From the NCBI GenBank assembly GCA_964016885.1, contig OZ024751.1, positions 49,538,001-49,602,000 of the forward strand: a stretch of 64,000 bases of DNA, written 5' to 3'. The notes under the pieces are model-generated. The model was not told the DNA's origin. It searched no databases and saw only the letters and a program-made list of their open reading frames with translations. The stretch's first letter is position 1; the number at the start of each line of letters is the position of its first letter. This DNA comes from Eledone cirrhosa. Lineage: Eukaryota. Below, in pieces: positions 12,926 through 28,200 of the stretch. Position numbers and translations under genes: made by a program.

Positions 12926-13340
12926 TATATATAAATATATATTTATTTGTGTATGAGTGTCTGTGTTTGTACGTTTACACGTTAGTGTAGTTATCGTGTG
13001 TCTGTGTATGTGTGTGTGTGAGTGTTTACATATATGTGTACGTATATATACATTGTTTTCTACCGATATTTTATATTCCTAATTTCTAAGATATTATCAA
13101 CGTTATTATATGAAAATAATTTAGCTACAACTGTCCTTCTCGTATATCAAGAATTCATGAGCTTTCGATACAGGAAATTAATGTACAAAAGTGAAAAATA
13201 CTATTGTAGCAGAAGTATGGGTAATATACAGCCGGATACAGGAATTAACATACACACACGTGTGGATACATATGTGTATATATATGTATATATATATACA
13301 TGCAGCGTTAATGAGCCTGTAGCCTTTTCTATATATTTAA

Positions 13341-13384
<44 letters not shown>

Positions 13385-13400
13385 ATGTATATATATATTG

Positions 13401-13455
<55 letters not shown>

Positions 13456-13693
13456 GTATATGTATGTATATATATCTTAAATATATATATATAAAAATAT
13501 TGTATAAATACATATATGTATATTATATGAATATGTATATATATGCATATATATATATATTTATATATATACAATATATATATATACATTATATATGTAT
13601 TATATATATTTATATATATTTATATATTATATATGCATACATATATAAACATATATGTATGCATACACACACGCATATATATACACAATTATA

Positions 13694-13763
<70 letters not shown>

Positions 13764-14759
13764 TATATATATACATATGCATTTATTTGTATGTGTGCGT
13801 GCATGCGAACCTATATGTGTGTGTGTGTGTGAATACATAAAAAGTGGAAAGAAAAAAATCGCATTGAAATTTTTTTAAATAAATACACATCTTGTCTGTA
13901 AAGAATTAAACACTTATGTCAACATGTTCGTATCATTTAGAGAATGAATAAAAATAGTTACGTTACTGTTTAATTTATTCAATATTTTGAACATTAAAAT
14001 ATGTATGCATTGAAGAAGAAAAGAAGTTAATATGCTAGACAATAATTAATACCAAATTGCATATTTTGGCAATAGGATATATAGAACATGGGATATACTT
14101 TGGTCTAATCGAATGCTTCGCCAATGAAGCGGTCGATTGTTCGATTTCTAATTTTTAATTTTAATTTTTTTTCAATAAAATATCTATGATTGAGAGAGAG
14201 AGAAAGAGCAGTGGGCTCTTTATCTCCTCTTAATCTAATAGGTTCTTTTCAGGGTCAATTTATATCCGGCGTGCCCTTCCCCGCCATGTCTTAACACAAT
14301 CGATTTCTTCAAGAGAAAAACAAAAGAAAGTTATAATGAAAGAAAACCCCGAACATGAATGAGAGAGATAGAAGAAGAATCGATTCTATTTTGTAGAAGA
14401 TAGACCCTTCATTGTCGAGCCTGCATTTTCAGAAGACTCATCCTACTACTATTTTCCATATGTCCCCTACATCTATCTGATACCCAACGATAGTGATGAC
14501 CCATATTCTTTACTGATAATATTTCAAAGAACTCATATTATATCTTCAAAGTCGGATCTTGTATCTATGTTCTATTAACCGGATATTAGAATTAATGCCT
14601 CACCCATTCCAAGTGGTACTCGTCTCTTACTTATTCACCAGTTATCTAAGAAACATTGCTTACTGGTTCACAATCACATTAATTCCCACGATATTCAGTT
14701 CATTTGATGCAGAGTTAGATGAATCAGATTATTCAGAGAAATTAATTTCATTATAAAAG

Positions 14760-15000
14760 AGGATACGGTGTAAATTTTATATTATGTCTGTTGAATAATT
14801 AAATATGTTTGTTATCTCTCTGGGTGTGTTTATTGTTAACGAAGGAAAAGTGATTTTGCGCGCAGGTTATGATGTTCTTCTTCATATGTGGGTTAAACCA
14901 TGTCTTAGAAGTTTTGGTGTCGTTGTTTTCAGTAGATGAATTATTGTGTTAGTGGATTTGAAGTGGTTCTTGGTGGATGTTTGTTTGTAATTGTCATCGT
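14760..15000 (-). pseudogene. Old PLE RT-thumb relic
   Basis: Minus-strand translation gives KTWFNPHMKKNI and FNRHNIKF, matching WFNPP/WFTPP and INKNTIKLSY/FNRNVVKISY of the intact PLE ORFs; frameshifted. Confidence 0.5.
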
Positions 15001-15054
15001 ATGAGAGCATACATACATATTCGTTCAGTTATAATAATCATTATTTTCATAATA

Positions 15055-15790
15055 GGGCGATGAATTGGCAGTATCGGTAGAGGGTCGGACGCAATGCTTT
15101 GACGCATAGGGTTACGGCCCTTGCCATTCTGAGTTCAAATCTCGCCGATGTTAACTTTGCCTTTCATCCTTACGGGGTCGATAAAATAAAGTACCAGTAA
15201 TGTACTGGGTAATTGCTAGCCTTGTGCCAAAAGTAGAAACAATTATTTTAATAATAGGGCGGTGGATTGGCAGTATCGGTGGAGGGTCGGACGCCATGCT
15301 TTCCGGCAGAGCTACGTCCCTTTTCGGTCTGAATCCAAATCCTGTCGAGGTTAACTTTGCCTTTCATCCTTACGGGGTCGATAAAACAAAGTACCAGTAA
15401 TGCACTAGGATATTTGCTGGCCTTGTGCCTAAAGTAGAAACAATTAGTTTTTATAATAACATGTGTTAGATAGTTGGGATTTAGAGAGAATCTATAATTG
15501 TTTCTACTTTTGGCACAAGGCCAGCAATTATCCCAGTGCATTACTGGTACTTTATTTTATCGACCCCGTAAGGATGAAAGACAAAGTTAACCTCGGCGGG
15601 ATTTGAACTCAGACCATAAAGGGCCGTAACTCTTTGCTGTAAAGCATGGCGTCCGACCTTCTACCGATACTGCCAATCCAATATATAATTGTTTCTAATT
15701 TTGGCACATGGCCAGCAATGACTCAGTGCATTACTGGTACTTTATTTTATCGACCCCGTAAGGATGAAAGGCAAAGTTAACCACGGCGAT
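15055..15790. mobile_element. Cluster of four tRNA-SINE copies: + 15055-15243, + 15257-15444, - 15497-15680, - 15687-15790
   Basis: Box A TGGCAGTATCGG, box B GAGTTCAAATC, 3' end CCTTGTGCCAAAAGTAGAAACAAT. Two tandem copies face two inverted ones. Confidence 0.88.
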
Positions 15791-16162
15791 AATGGTTGGC
15801 TGTTAGGTATCATAAAATTGTCTAAAATCCTTAATATAAATTCACTTTCTTCCACGAAATTTGCATATATATCGTTTATGTCTTAATATTTTCCATTCAC
15901 ATCTTTGCAAGAATTCGACCAATCGTCATTTAGTTTTGTAACACTGCACCTTATCATCTGAACCAATTATATTTCGTGCTTCCTTTTTTAAGCTTTCTTC
16001 GGTGTATTTGTTATTTCTCTTTGAAATTATTCGTTTCTTTCTTTTGGTAATTTCTTTCTTCATTAATTAGTATCGGTCTATCTATTTGTCTGCCTACTTC
16101 ATTCTTTTGATACCAAATACACTTATGCACACACACACATTCACAAATATGTATATACATAC

Positions 16163-16221
<59 letters not shown>

Positions 16222-16250
16222 TATATATATTATATATATTTATATGTTTA

Positions 16251-16316
<66 letters not shown>

Positions 16317-16393
16317 TAAACATTCATATATATGCCCACACAAACACACGCGCACACATAAATTCGTCTATAAATATACACACATACACACAC

Positions 16394-16460
<67 letters not shown>

Positions 16461-17577
16461 ATCGGAGAGGGAAAAAAACAGGTTGATTGGAAATATCAAA
16501 GATTAATCAGACAATAAAAAAAAATATGAAAATACAAATTAAATGAACTGAAGAACAATATTAGAAATAGAAAATAAAGCAACATTAATATAAAGTTCTG
16601 AGACTGACTAAACAATCGCTTCTTCATATTCTACCAACCCTAATTCTCTGTGATCTCCAGTCAAAAATGTCACACTGATTCTCTATTCTCCAATTTTCTT
16701 TGTAATTCCATCGCGCTGTGTGTACATCACGAATGTTTGTTAAGGCGCGGTGATTGATAATATTTCAGAACATTACCTAATATTTGGCTATAAAACTGTG
16801 GCCTTTGCCTTGCACACCAGGATGGTTTTATCTCCCTTTTTTTTTGTTTGCCTAATTTAATTAATCAGTGAATTATAAATTAACGGTTAATGAGTTTAAT
16901 GCAAATTATATTGTAAATATTATTCATTTGTAATGTTACGACCACCCAATATATTTTTAGAAAGTAGAATATCTTTCATGAAAAACAAGGCAATACTCCA
17001 CTGTAACTACATCTTCGGTAAATAAAGTTGACGCTGGGAACAACTTGAACAAAATATGGTTAAGTATTTCCCCCGATACTATATCGATTGAGCCAATCAA
17101 CCTTTTCCTTTTAATGTAAATATTATTGGATATTGTAAGTGCCACAATCTGTAAGTAACAGTAACTATGTCTGGCCTTGCGATAGTAATAGCCATTGATG
17201 TATAAATTGTGTGTCCTTGTTGTGATAGTAATAGCAACTATATATCCCAAAAATCGCATCCTACTGTCTCATGTAAAAACATATAAAAAATTAACACTTT
17301 TAATTTGGAGATAATCATTAAAAACCACAACAGAAAACAGGGACACGGTCTGCTGAAATGATTCAGTCCCGGTATGGACGCCATATTGTGGTATTTACGT
17401 AGCTCGATTGTAGACAGTGGACATATCGTTCTTTCTCTTTTATTGTTGTCAGTGTTGTTTTACCGAACGTAGCTCAGCTGTAACAGAGTAAATATATGAC
17501 CAGGTGTATCACAGTATCACATCCATTATCACCCTGTCTTGCTTATGTTACAATATAATCAAGTCTGAATTATTCTG

Positions 17578-17608
<31 letters not shown>

Positions 17609-17939
17609 GTGTGGCACGTTCACAGCTGAAGATAGCATGCTGCACATACATAAATATATACATACACGCAACCCCGACAGACACACACGCGATATATGTG
17701 ATTGATGCCTTGTTTTTGTTATCTCCCCTGCACATGCATTGCACACACACACACTCGATGTTTATCCTATGTCGTGAGTAATGCGAAGGTTTGTTATGCC
17801 CTTGTGTCAATAAAGAAAGCATTGTACTCATTACCGTTGATGTTATTGTGATAGTTGTTATTGTTATTAATATTTCATGATTATTGTTATTATTATTATT
17901 GTAATTATTATTACTATTAAACGTTTTCTTTTCTTGCAG

Positions 17940-18018
17940 GTCAATATACTCAACAAATTCTGTCAAACAACTAAAGATTATTGTGAACCCCTTAAAGTAG
18001 GTGCTCCTGGTACACCAG
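17940..18018 (+). CDS. Internal exon of a collagen-domain gene (start of the collagen segment; colmedin/gliomedin-like)
   Basis: Polypyrimidine tract + TTGCAG acceptor and G/GTAAGT donor; 79 bp, phase 0 to phase 1; translates VNILNKFCQTTKDYCEPLKVGAPGTP(G). Confidence 0.8.
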
Positions 18019-18199
18019 GTAAGTCATGCCAGATAACATAGAACACAAGACATCTAACAATTTCACGAACCCACCATCTAGGTTTAGTATTTTCTGTAAG
18101 TTTCACTTGAAATAGTAAACTATAATCAAGATAAATGTCGGTGCCACAGCATGGCCTCAGCCTGTCGACTGGAACACATAATAAAGTGATAGTCTAAAT

Positions 18200-18488
18200 C
18201 AGTCATGGGTAACCTGCGGCCCGCGAAGCTTTCTGAATAGCTCACCTAAGTCACCTAAGTGAAATCTTTCTGATTTCTTTACCCCAACTTTTCGGCCGTA
18301 ATTTATCTTTCTATCATTTTTACGACCGAAGAAAACAACGTGTACGAATTCTGAAGAAACAAATCAAAACAACCTGAGTTACCCCCCATTTTTAATGTGG
18401 GCGCGAATGTAAATTAGCGTTTGCCTCCCGCCTGATGATGAGCCATATCTCATGCGGCCCACTTTTCGAAAAACGTTGCCCATGCCTG
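18200..18488. mobile_element. hAT (Charlie-like) MITE
   Basis: TIRs CAGTCATGGGTAACC / CGTTGCCCATGCCTG, subterminal GCGGCCC motifs, 8-bp TSD GTCTAAAT / GTGTAAAT (1 mismatch). Confidence 0.8.
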
Positions 18489-19502
18489 GTGTAAATAAAA
18501 CAAGGCACTTCATATGAGGAAGCTACAAAATCGTTGCTTCTTGCAACACAAAATCTCTAGTTAAGGGGACCATGGATTATTTGGTGTAGTTTACCTTTAG
18601 ATATAGATGCAAGGATCCCCTCTCTCATTCTATCTCTATCTTTTACTGTCTCCCTCTCTTTCTCTCCCTCTCTATATCTCCCTCTCTTTATCATCCTCTC
18701 TTTCTCTCTCTCTCCCCTCTCCCTGTCTCTCTTTGTCTCTCCCTCTTAACAGTTAACAGAGATTTCTTCAACAGAAGGGAGATGTGTTTCCTATTACAAA
18801 TATGGAATGATGCTCTATTAATGTCACTCTTTCACAACATTTATCTTCACAGTTCTCCATTTTACGTCATTGAAAAATAGCATGTGCAATTTTTTATTGT
18901 AGAATTTACAACTTACGGGATGTCAGCTTTCTTAACAACTTCAATTACTTATGTGAATGTACAAGAATTGGTATCTGAACGTGTGTGAATGTGTGTGTAT
19001 GTGTGTATATGTAGGTGCATATGTTTGAACATATGTATAAATATGTGATTATAAAATTGTATACGAATTCGTGTACTTCTATGTGTGTGTATGTGGGGGT
19101 TTCGCTATGTATTGTGTTTTCTCTGTGTGTGTACATGTATGTGTCTGAATATGTGTGTATATAATTCTCCAATTGCTTTATGTATGTTCTTTATGTATGC
19201 AAATATGTATGCATGTATGTTTGTATGGTTTATGTATGTTTGTATATATGTATACATGTGTATCTATATATATACATTTCTACTCTACTGACAGTATATA
19301 TTTGCATCGTGTGTGTGTTTAGCATGTATATGTGCTTCTTTATATATGTTTCTATGGCATACATACACAATATAAAAATATATTGTCAGGAGACATTTAT
19401 ATATATATAAATATCTCCTGACAGTATATATTTATATTGTGTATGTGTTTAGCATATATATGTGCTTATCTATGTATGTTTGTATATCTGTATACATGTG
19501 TA

Positions 19503-19585
<83 letters not shown>

Positions 19586-21673
19586 AATGTCTACTGACAG
19601 TATATATTTGTATTGTGTGTGAGTGTGTGTGCGTGTGTTTAACATTTATATGTACTTGTTTATGTATGTTTGTCTTTGTTAAAGTGCTGGATTGCTAGCA
19701 TTTAGTTATTTATTGTATGACCGGAAAAGACGAAACATAAAGAACATAGTAGATATATCCACTGGACAAGTTTCAATGGCACACGACACATCCAACTTAG
19801 ATTCTTGCATATCGAATCTATGTTGTTTGCATCATTGCAGGAAGAAGTGTGTGGATTGCTCTAGTTTATATATCAGGGGGAAGATTGGCAAAAAAGCTTA
19901 AATCCCCAAACATAACCTTCCCGAGTAGTAAACTTAATCAGTCACCAAATTTAACATTATCCCTGGCACTTTGCTGGTTGTAAGAGTTTCTAATCTGTTG
20001 CAATCATTCGGGTCAAGTCCTTCATCTTCTCCACAACTCTTGGATGCTACTGAAAAGAGTCATCGTACTTTGTGGTGGTTGTGGTGGTGGTGGTGGTAGC
20101 AGTAGTTGTTGTTTAGATACTTGTAAACCTTGGCGTTGGTGTAAAGGTCCTTAGTAGGATTTTTTAACACCAATCGGTTTCTATTTCTGGTAGATAGCAT
20201 GACCATGCACAGTTTATCTCTGCTTTCGGATATAACGATGTGATGGTTACTGTTGTCTTTCTAACAGGTCAGAATTGATCGAACAGACTTATTGTCACAT
20301 GATTTCTAATACGTGACAACGCCGTCTTTTTTATATATGAAGGATGTGATTTGAACAAAACTTTTCTAGCTATATTAAGTAGGGTGAGGCGCAACCGTGT
20401 ACATTATTAACGGCAAGCCATTCAAATTTAAATTTTTACAAACAACCATTTTATTGTTGCGTCACGTTCATGCATACTTGTATTTTAGTTTTGTTTAATT
20501 GGTTAGAGATAAGCTGTTTAGTATTACTCATATATTTATAAATCCCCGAGAATAATATGGAATGAACAAGTCTGTCATCTAAACATTCATGGCTCAGACG
20601 TGTTACATAGATTTATAATCAGGGGTATACATAGTATATGTTTGTTATCACGCGTGTAGACCATTGTTTATGAGATTATTTGAGGATAATGTATATTGTA
20701 AAGAGGTGGGCAAGTGTGTAGACGGATACTTTAATTAGTAGTGTACCTGTTCATTGAATTAGTTCGTCAATCTTCTATGTCTCTTAACATTAATCAATAC
20801 CTTTCCATGATTTTCTCCGGAACTCAAACAAAAACAATGTACACCGTATTTATGTAATTAATAATAATATTCATGTCGTCTAATCTTTTAATTCATTTAG
20901 CAATTACATGACTAGTTCCTTGTATCAGACACGAAACAGGTTGCTTTGTTAATCACCATGTATTTCATTCTTGCATCTGTTTAATAATTTCTCGTTGTTA
21001 ATCCGAAGATTCATATTAGTACGGTGTACACGAATTAGTGAATAGTTTGTCAAATGTGTTTCTCTCGTTTACAATTTGGTGTGTGTTGCGTGGCGTATAT
21101 TCTTTATCTTTTATTCATTGTTTAGTCAGAGACAACTGAAAGCCTCCATGAAACCGATCCTGGCTGGGCGATGGGTGGACATTACCATTTATCGTACAGC
21201 TTTTAAGCATATGAGAGGGTTGGTTATTGTTTCGTATTGCTAAATATTAATGCGTTCGTTAATGAAGAAAGCATATTATAGCATGTCACATCACGTCCAC
21301 ACTACACATTACGATTCCACACCGCACGAGAGAGCTTCTAACGTGGTTAATAGTTATGCTACAATTAGAGGTCCAATCACTCTGAAATCAAACCCGAGCA
21401 TCTTAAAGAAAATCGCAAGAAGCTATTAGTTAAATCAGTATAAAACCTCCCGGGGGTACGATAGATCTAATCAGATGCCAGTTAATCAGATCTAAACATC
21501 AGCTTAACAATAACAATACACTGAATCAAAACATACTGAAACATAGCTCTGTATATCAGCCAAACAACAATATAACACACAACATCGCACTATATTACAC
21601 CACACCGTACTGAATCGCAACATACCACAGCACTCGATGTTGGTTTATACCAAATCCCACCATACTAATTAAT

Positions 21674-21890
21674 GGTTTCTTTTTATTGGCACAAGGCCAG
21701 CAGTTTTCGGGGAGGGGAAAGTCGATTAAATCGACGCCAGTGCGTGACTGGTACTTTATTTTATCGACCCCGTAAGGATTAAAGGCAAACTTAACCTTGG
21801 CGGGATTTGAACTCAGAATGGAAAGGGCCGTAACTCTATGCTGCAAAGATTGGCGCCCGGCCCTCTACCGATACTGCTAATCCACCGCCC
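21674..21890 (-). mobile_element. tRNA-derived SINE
   Basis: Same family as the 15055 cluster (TTATCGACCCCGTAAGGAT, GGATTTGAACTCAG, CCGATACTG). Confidence 0.88.
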
Positions 21891-22289
21891 TTACTAATTA
21901 ATACCACAACATACTACCATACTAATTAATACCACAACAACATGCCCTTATACACTACACTAAACCAACATCATGGTATATCATTATTGTACACAACAGT
22001 AAATAAAACGGCAACATAGCAAACTATATACCAATAAACCACACTGCACCATATTGCAGTTAACAGCACTATATTAGGCCACATATCAGGCCACACTAAA
22101 CAGTGCTGCTCCTCACCACACCACACTATACTCCGCTAAGCACACCACGGCAAGCCATATTGTATACAATGCAACCCACTACATTATTCCCCACTACACG
22201 AGGCCACGGCAATCCCCATCACGCTACACCACACTACACAACTCACAATATTCTCCTCTACACGATGTCACGCTAAGCCGCATCATGCC

Positions 22290-25200
22290 ACACTATACCA
22301 CACTAAACAGTGCCTCACCACACCACACTACACTCCACTCCACTACACCATCTCACGCTAAGCCACATCACCCCACATCACGCCACACCACACTACACTA
22401 CACCACACTAAACAGTGCCTCACCACACCACACTACACTCCACTCCACTACACCATCTCACGCTAAGCCACATCACCCCACATCACGCCACACCACACTA
22501 CACTACACCACACTAAACAGTGCCGCACCACACCACACTACACTCCACTCCACTACTCCATGTCACGCTAAGCCACATCACCCCACATCACGCCACACCA
22601 CACTACACTACACCACACTAAACAGTGCCGCACCACACCACACTACACTCCACTCCACTACACCATCTCACGCTAAGCCACATCACCCCACATCACGCCA
22701 CACCACACTACACTACACCACACTAAACAGTGCCGCACCACACCACACTACACTCCACTTCACTACACCATCTCACGCTAAGCCACATCACCCCACATCA
22801 CGCCACACCACACTACACTACACCACACTAAACAGTGCCGCACCACACCACACTACACTCCACTCCACTACTCCATGTCACGCTAAGCCACATCACCCCA
22901 CATCACGCCACACCACACTACACTACACCACTCTAAACAGTGCCTCACCACACCACACTACACTCCACTCCACTACACCATCTCACGCTAAGCCACATCA
23001 CCCCACATCACGCCACACCACACTACACTACACCACACTAAACAGTGCCGCACCACACTACACTCCACTCCACTACACCATGTCACGCTAAGCCACATCA
23101 CCCCACATCACGCCACACCACACTACACTACACCACTCTAAACAGTGCCGCACCACACCACACTACACTCCACTCCACTACACCATCTCACGCTAAGCCA
23201 CATCACCCCACATCACGCCACACCACACTACACTACACCACTCTAAACAGTGCCGCACCACACCACACTACACTCCACTCCACTACTCCATGTCACGCTA
23301 AGCCACATCACCCCACATCACGCCACACCACACTACACTACACCACTCTAAACAGTGCCGCACCACACCACACTACACTCCACTCCACTACTCCATGTCA
23401 CGCTAAGCCACATCACCCCACATCACGCCACACCACACTACACTACACCACTCTAAACAGTGCCGCACCACACTACACTCCACTCCACTACACCATGTCA
23501 CGCTAAGCCACATCACCCCACATCACGCCACACCACACTACACTACACCACTCTAAACAGTGCCGCACCACACCACACTACACTCCACTCCACTACACCA
23601 TCTCACGCTAAGCCACATCACCCCACATCACGCCACACCACACTACACTACACCACTCTAAACAGTGCCGCACCACACCACACTACACTCCACTTCACTA
23701 CACCATCTCACGCTAAGCCACATCACCCCACATCACGCCACACCACACTACACTACACCACTCTAAACAGTGCCGCACCACACCACACTACACTCCACTC
23801 CACTACACCATCTCACGCTAAGCCACATCACCCCACATCACGCCACACCACACTACACTACACCACTCTAAACAGTGCCGCACCACACCACACTACACTC
23901 CACTTCACTACACCATCTCACGCTAAGCCACATCACCCCACATCAAGCCACACCACACTACACTACACCACTCTAAACAGTGCCTCACCACACCACACTA
24001 CACTCCACTCCACTACACCATCTCACGCTAAGCCACATCACCCCACACCACGCCACACCACACTACACTACACCACACTAAACAGTGCCGCACCACACCA
24101 CACTACACTCCACTCCACTACACCATGTCACGCTAAGCCACATCACCCCACATCACGCCACACCACACTACACTACACCACACCACACCACACTACACTA
24201 CACTATACTACACTATACTACATATGACACGGCAAACCACGTTGCACCACACTACACCACACTAGACAGTACCACTCCACACCACAACAAACCTCACCAC
24301 ACCACCCAACACTACACCACACTACACAGCACCATACCACACCACACTTCACTACACTACACTACACTACACCACACTACACAGTACCACACCACACCAC
24401 ACTATACCACACTAAACAGTACCACACCACACTACACCACACTAAACAGTGCGACACCACACTACACCATACTACACCACACCACTCTATACTACACTAT
24501 ATTCACACATGACACGGCAAGCCGCATTGCAGCACACTACACCACACTACACCACACCACTCTACACAGTACCACACCACACTACACCACACTACACCAA
24601 ACTACACCACACCACACTACACCACACCACACTAGACCACACCACACCGCATTACACCACACCCTACCTCACTACAGCACACTAAACAGTACCACACCAC
24701 ACCACACCACACCGCACCACTCTACACAATACTACACCATACTACACGAAACAGCAAGCCACATTGCAGCACAATACACCCCACTAAACATTACCACGCA
24801 ACACCACACCACACCACACCACACTACAACATACTACACCACACCACTCTACACTACACTATACTACACTATACTACATATGACACGGCAAACCACGTTG
24901 CAGCACACTGCACCATACTAGACAGTACCACGCCACACCACACTACACCACACTACACCACACTACACCACACCGCACTACACCATGTCACGCTAAGCCA
25001 CATCACCCCACATCACGCCACACCACACTACACTACACCACTCTAAACAGTGCCGCACCACACCACACTACACTCCACTTCACTACACCATCTCACGCTA
25101 AGCCACATCACCCCACATCACGCCACACCACACTACACTACACCACTCTAAACAGTGCCGCACCACACCACACTACACTCCACTCCACTACACCATGTCA

Positions 25201-28200
25201 CGCTAAGCCACATCACCCCACATCACGCCACACCACACTACACTACACCACACTAAACAGTGCCGCACCACACCACACTACACTCCACTTCACTACACCA
25301 TCTCACGCTAAGCCACATCACCCCACATCACGCCACACCACACTACACTACACCACTCTAAACAGTGCCGCACCACACCACACTACACTCCACTCCACTA
25401 CTCCATGTCACGCTAAGCCACATCACCCCACATCACGCCACACCACACTACACTACACCACACTAAACAGTGCCGCACCACACCACACTACACTCCACTT
25501 CACTACTCCATGTCACGCTAAGCCACATCACCCCACATCACGCCACACCACACTACACTACACCACACTAAACAGTGCCGCACCACACCACACTACACTC
25601 CACTCCACTACTCCATGTCACGCTAAGCCACATCACCCCACATCACGCCACACCACACTACACTACACCACACTAAACAGTGCCGCACCACACCACACTA
25701 CACTCCACTTCACTACTCCATGTCACGCTAAGCCACATCACCCCACATCACGCCACACCACACTACACTACACCACTCTAAACAGTGCCGCACCACACCA
25801 CACTACACTCCACTTCACTACTCCATGTCACGCTAAGCCACATCACCCCACATCACGCCACACCACACTACACTACACCACACTAAACAGTGCCGCACCA
25901 CACCACACTACACTCCACTCCACTACTCCATGTCACGCTAAGCCACATCACCCCACATCACGCCACACCACACTACACTACACCACTCTAAACAGTGCCT
26001 CACCACACCACACTACACTCCACTCCACTACACCATCTCACGCTAAGCCACATCACCCCACATCACGCCACACCACACTACACTACACCACACTAAACAG
26101 TGCCGCACCACACCACACTACACTCCACTCCACTACACCATGTCACGCTAAGCCACATCACCCCACATCACGCCACACCACACTACACTACACCACACCA
26201 CACCACACTACACTACACTATACTACACTATACTACATATGACACGGCAAACCACGTTGCACCACACTACACCACACTAGACAGTACCACTCCACACCAC
26301 AACAAACCTCACCACACCACCCAACACTACACCACACTACACAGCACCATACCACACCACACTTCACTACACTACACTACACTACACCACACTACACAGT
26401 ACCACACCACACCACACTATACCACACTAAACAGTACCACACCACACTACACCACACTAAACAGTGCGACACCACACTACACCATACTACACCACACCAC
26501 TCTATACTACACTATATTCACACATGACACGGCAAGCCGCATTGCACCACACTACACCACACTACACCACACCACTCTACACAGTACCACACCACACTAC
26601 ACCACACTACACCAAACTACACCACACCACACTACACCACACCACACTAGACCACACCACACCACATTACACCACACCCTACCTCACTACAGCACACTAA
26701 ACAGTACCACACCACACCACACCACACCGCACCACTCTACACAATACTACACCATACTACACGAAACAGCAAGCCACATTGCAGCACAATACACCCCACT
26801 AAACATTACCACGCAACACCACACCACACCACACTACAACATACTACACCACACCACTCTACACTACACTATACTACACTATACTACATATGACACGGCA
26901 AACCACGTTGCAGCACACTACACCATACTAGACAGTACCACGCCACACCACACTACACCACACTACACCACACTACACCACACCGCACTACACCACACTA
27001 CACCACACCGAACCACACCACACTACACCACACCACACTACACCACACTACACTACACCACACTACACCACACTAAACAATACCATACCACACTACACCA
27101 CACTACACTACACCACACTACACCACACTAAACAATACCATACCACACTACACCACACTACACTACACCACACTACACCACACTACACTACACCACACTA
27201 AACAGTGCCGCACCACACTACACTCCACTCCACTACACCATGTCACGCTAAGCCACATCACCCCACATCACGCCACACCACACTACACTACACCACTCTA
27301 AACAGTGCCGCACCACACCACACTACACTCCACTCCACTACTCCATGTCACGCTAAGCCACATCACCCCACATCACGCCACACCACACTACACTACACCA
27401 CTCTAAACAGTGCCGCACCACACCACACTACACTCCACTCCACTACACCATGTCACGCTAAGCCACATCACCCCACATCACGCCACACCACACTACACTA
27501 CACCACTCTAAACAGTGCCGCACCACACCACACTACACTCCACTCCACTACACCATGTCACGCTAAGCCACATCACCCCACATCACGCCACACCACACTA
27601 CACTACACCACTCTAAACAGTGCCGCACCACACCACACTACACTCCACTCCACTACTCCATGTCACGCTAAGCCACATCACCCCACATCACGCCACACCA
27701 CACTACACTACACCACTCTAAACAGTGCCGCACCACACCACACTACACTCCACTTCACTACACCATCTCACGCTAAGCCACATCACCCCACATCACGCCA
27801 CACCACACTACACTACACCACACTAAACAGTGCCGCACCACACCACACTACACTCCACTCCACTACTCCATGTCACGCTAAGCCACATCACCCCACATCA
27901 CGCCACACCACACTACACTACACCACTCTAAACAGTGCCGCACCACACCACACTACACTCCACTCCACTACTCCATGTCACGCTAAGCCACATCACCCCA
28001 CATCACGCCACACCACACTACACTACACCACGCTAAACAGTGCCGCACCACACCACACTACACTCCACTCCACTACTCCATGTCACGCTAAGCCACATCA
28101 CCCCACATCACGCCACACCACACTACACTACACCACACTAAACAGTGCCGCACCACACCACACTACACTCCACTCCACTACTCCATGTCACGCTAAGCCA

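Noticed and set aside
15055-15150. tRNA gene
   Set aside because: The A/B boxes belong to a multi-copy SINE head and there is no intact cloverleaf.
18431-18450. CTGATGA as a hammerhead core
   Set aside because: No supporting stems I-III, and it lies inside the hAT MITE.
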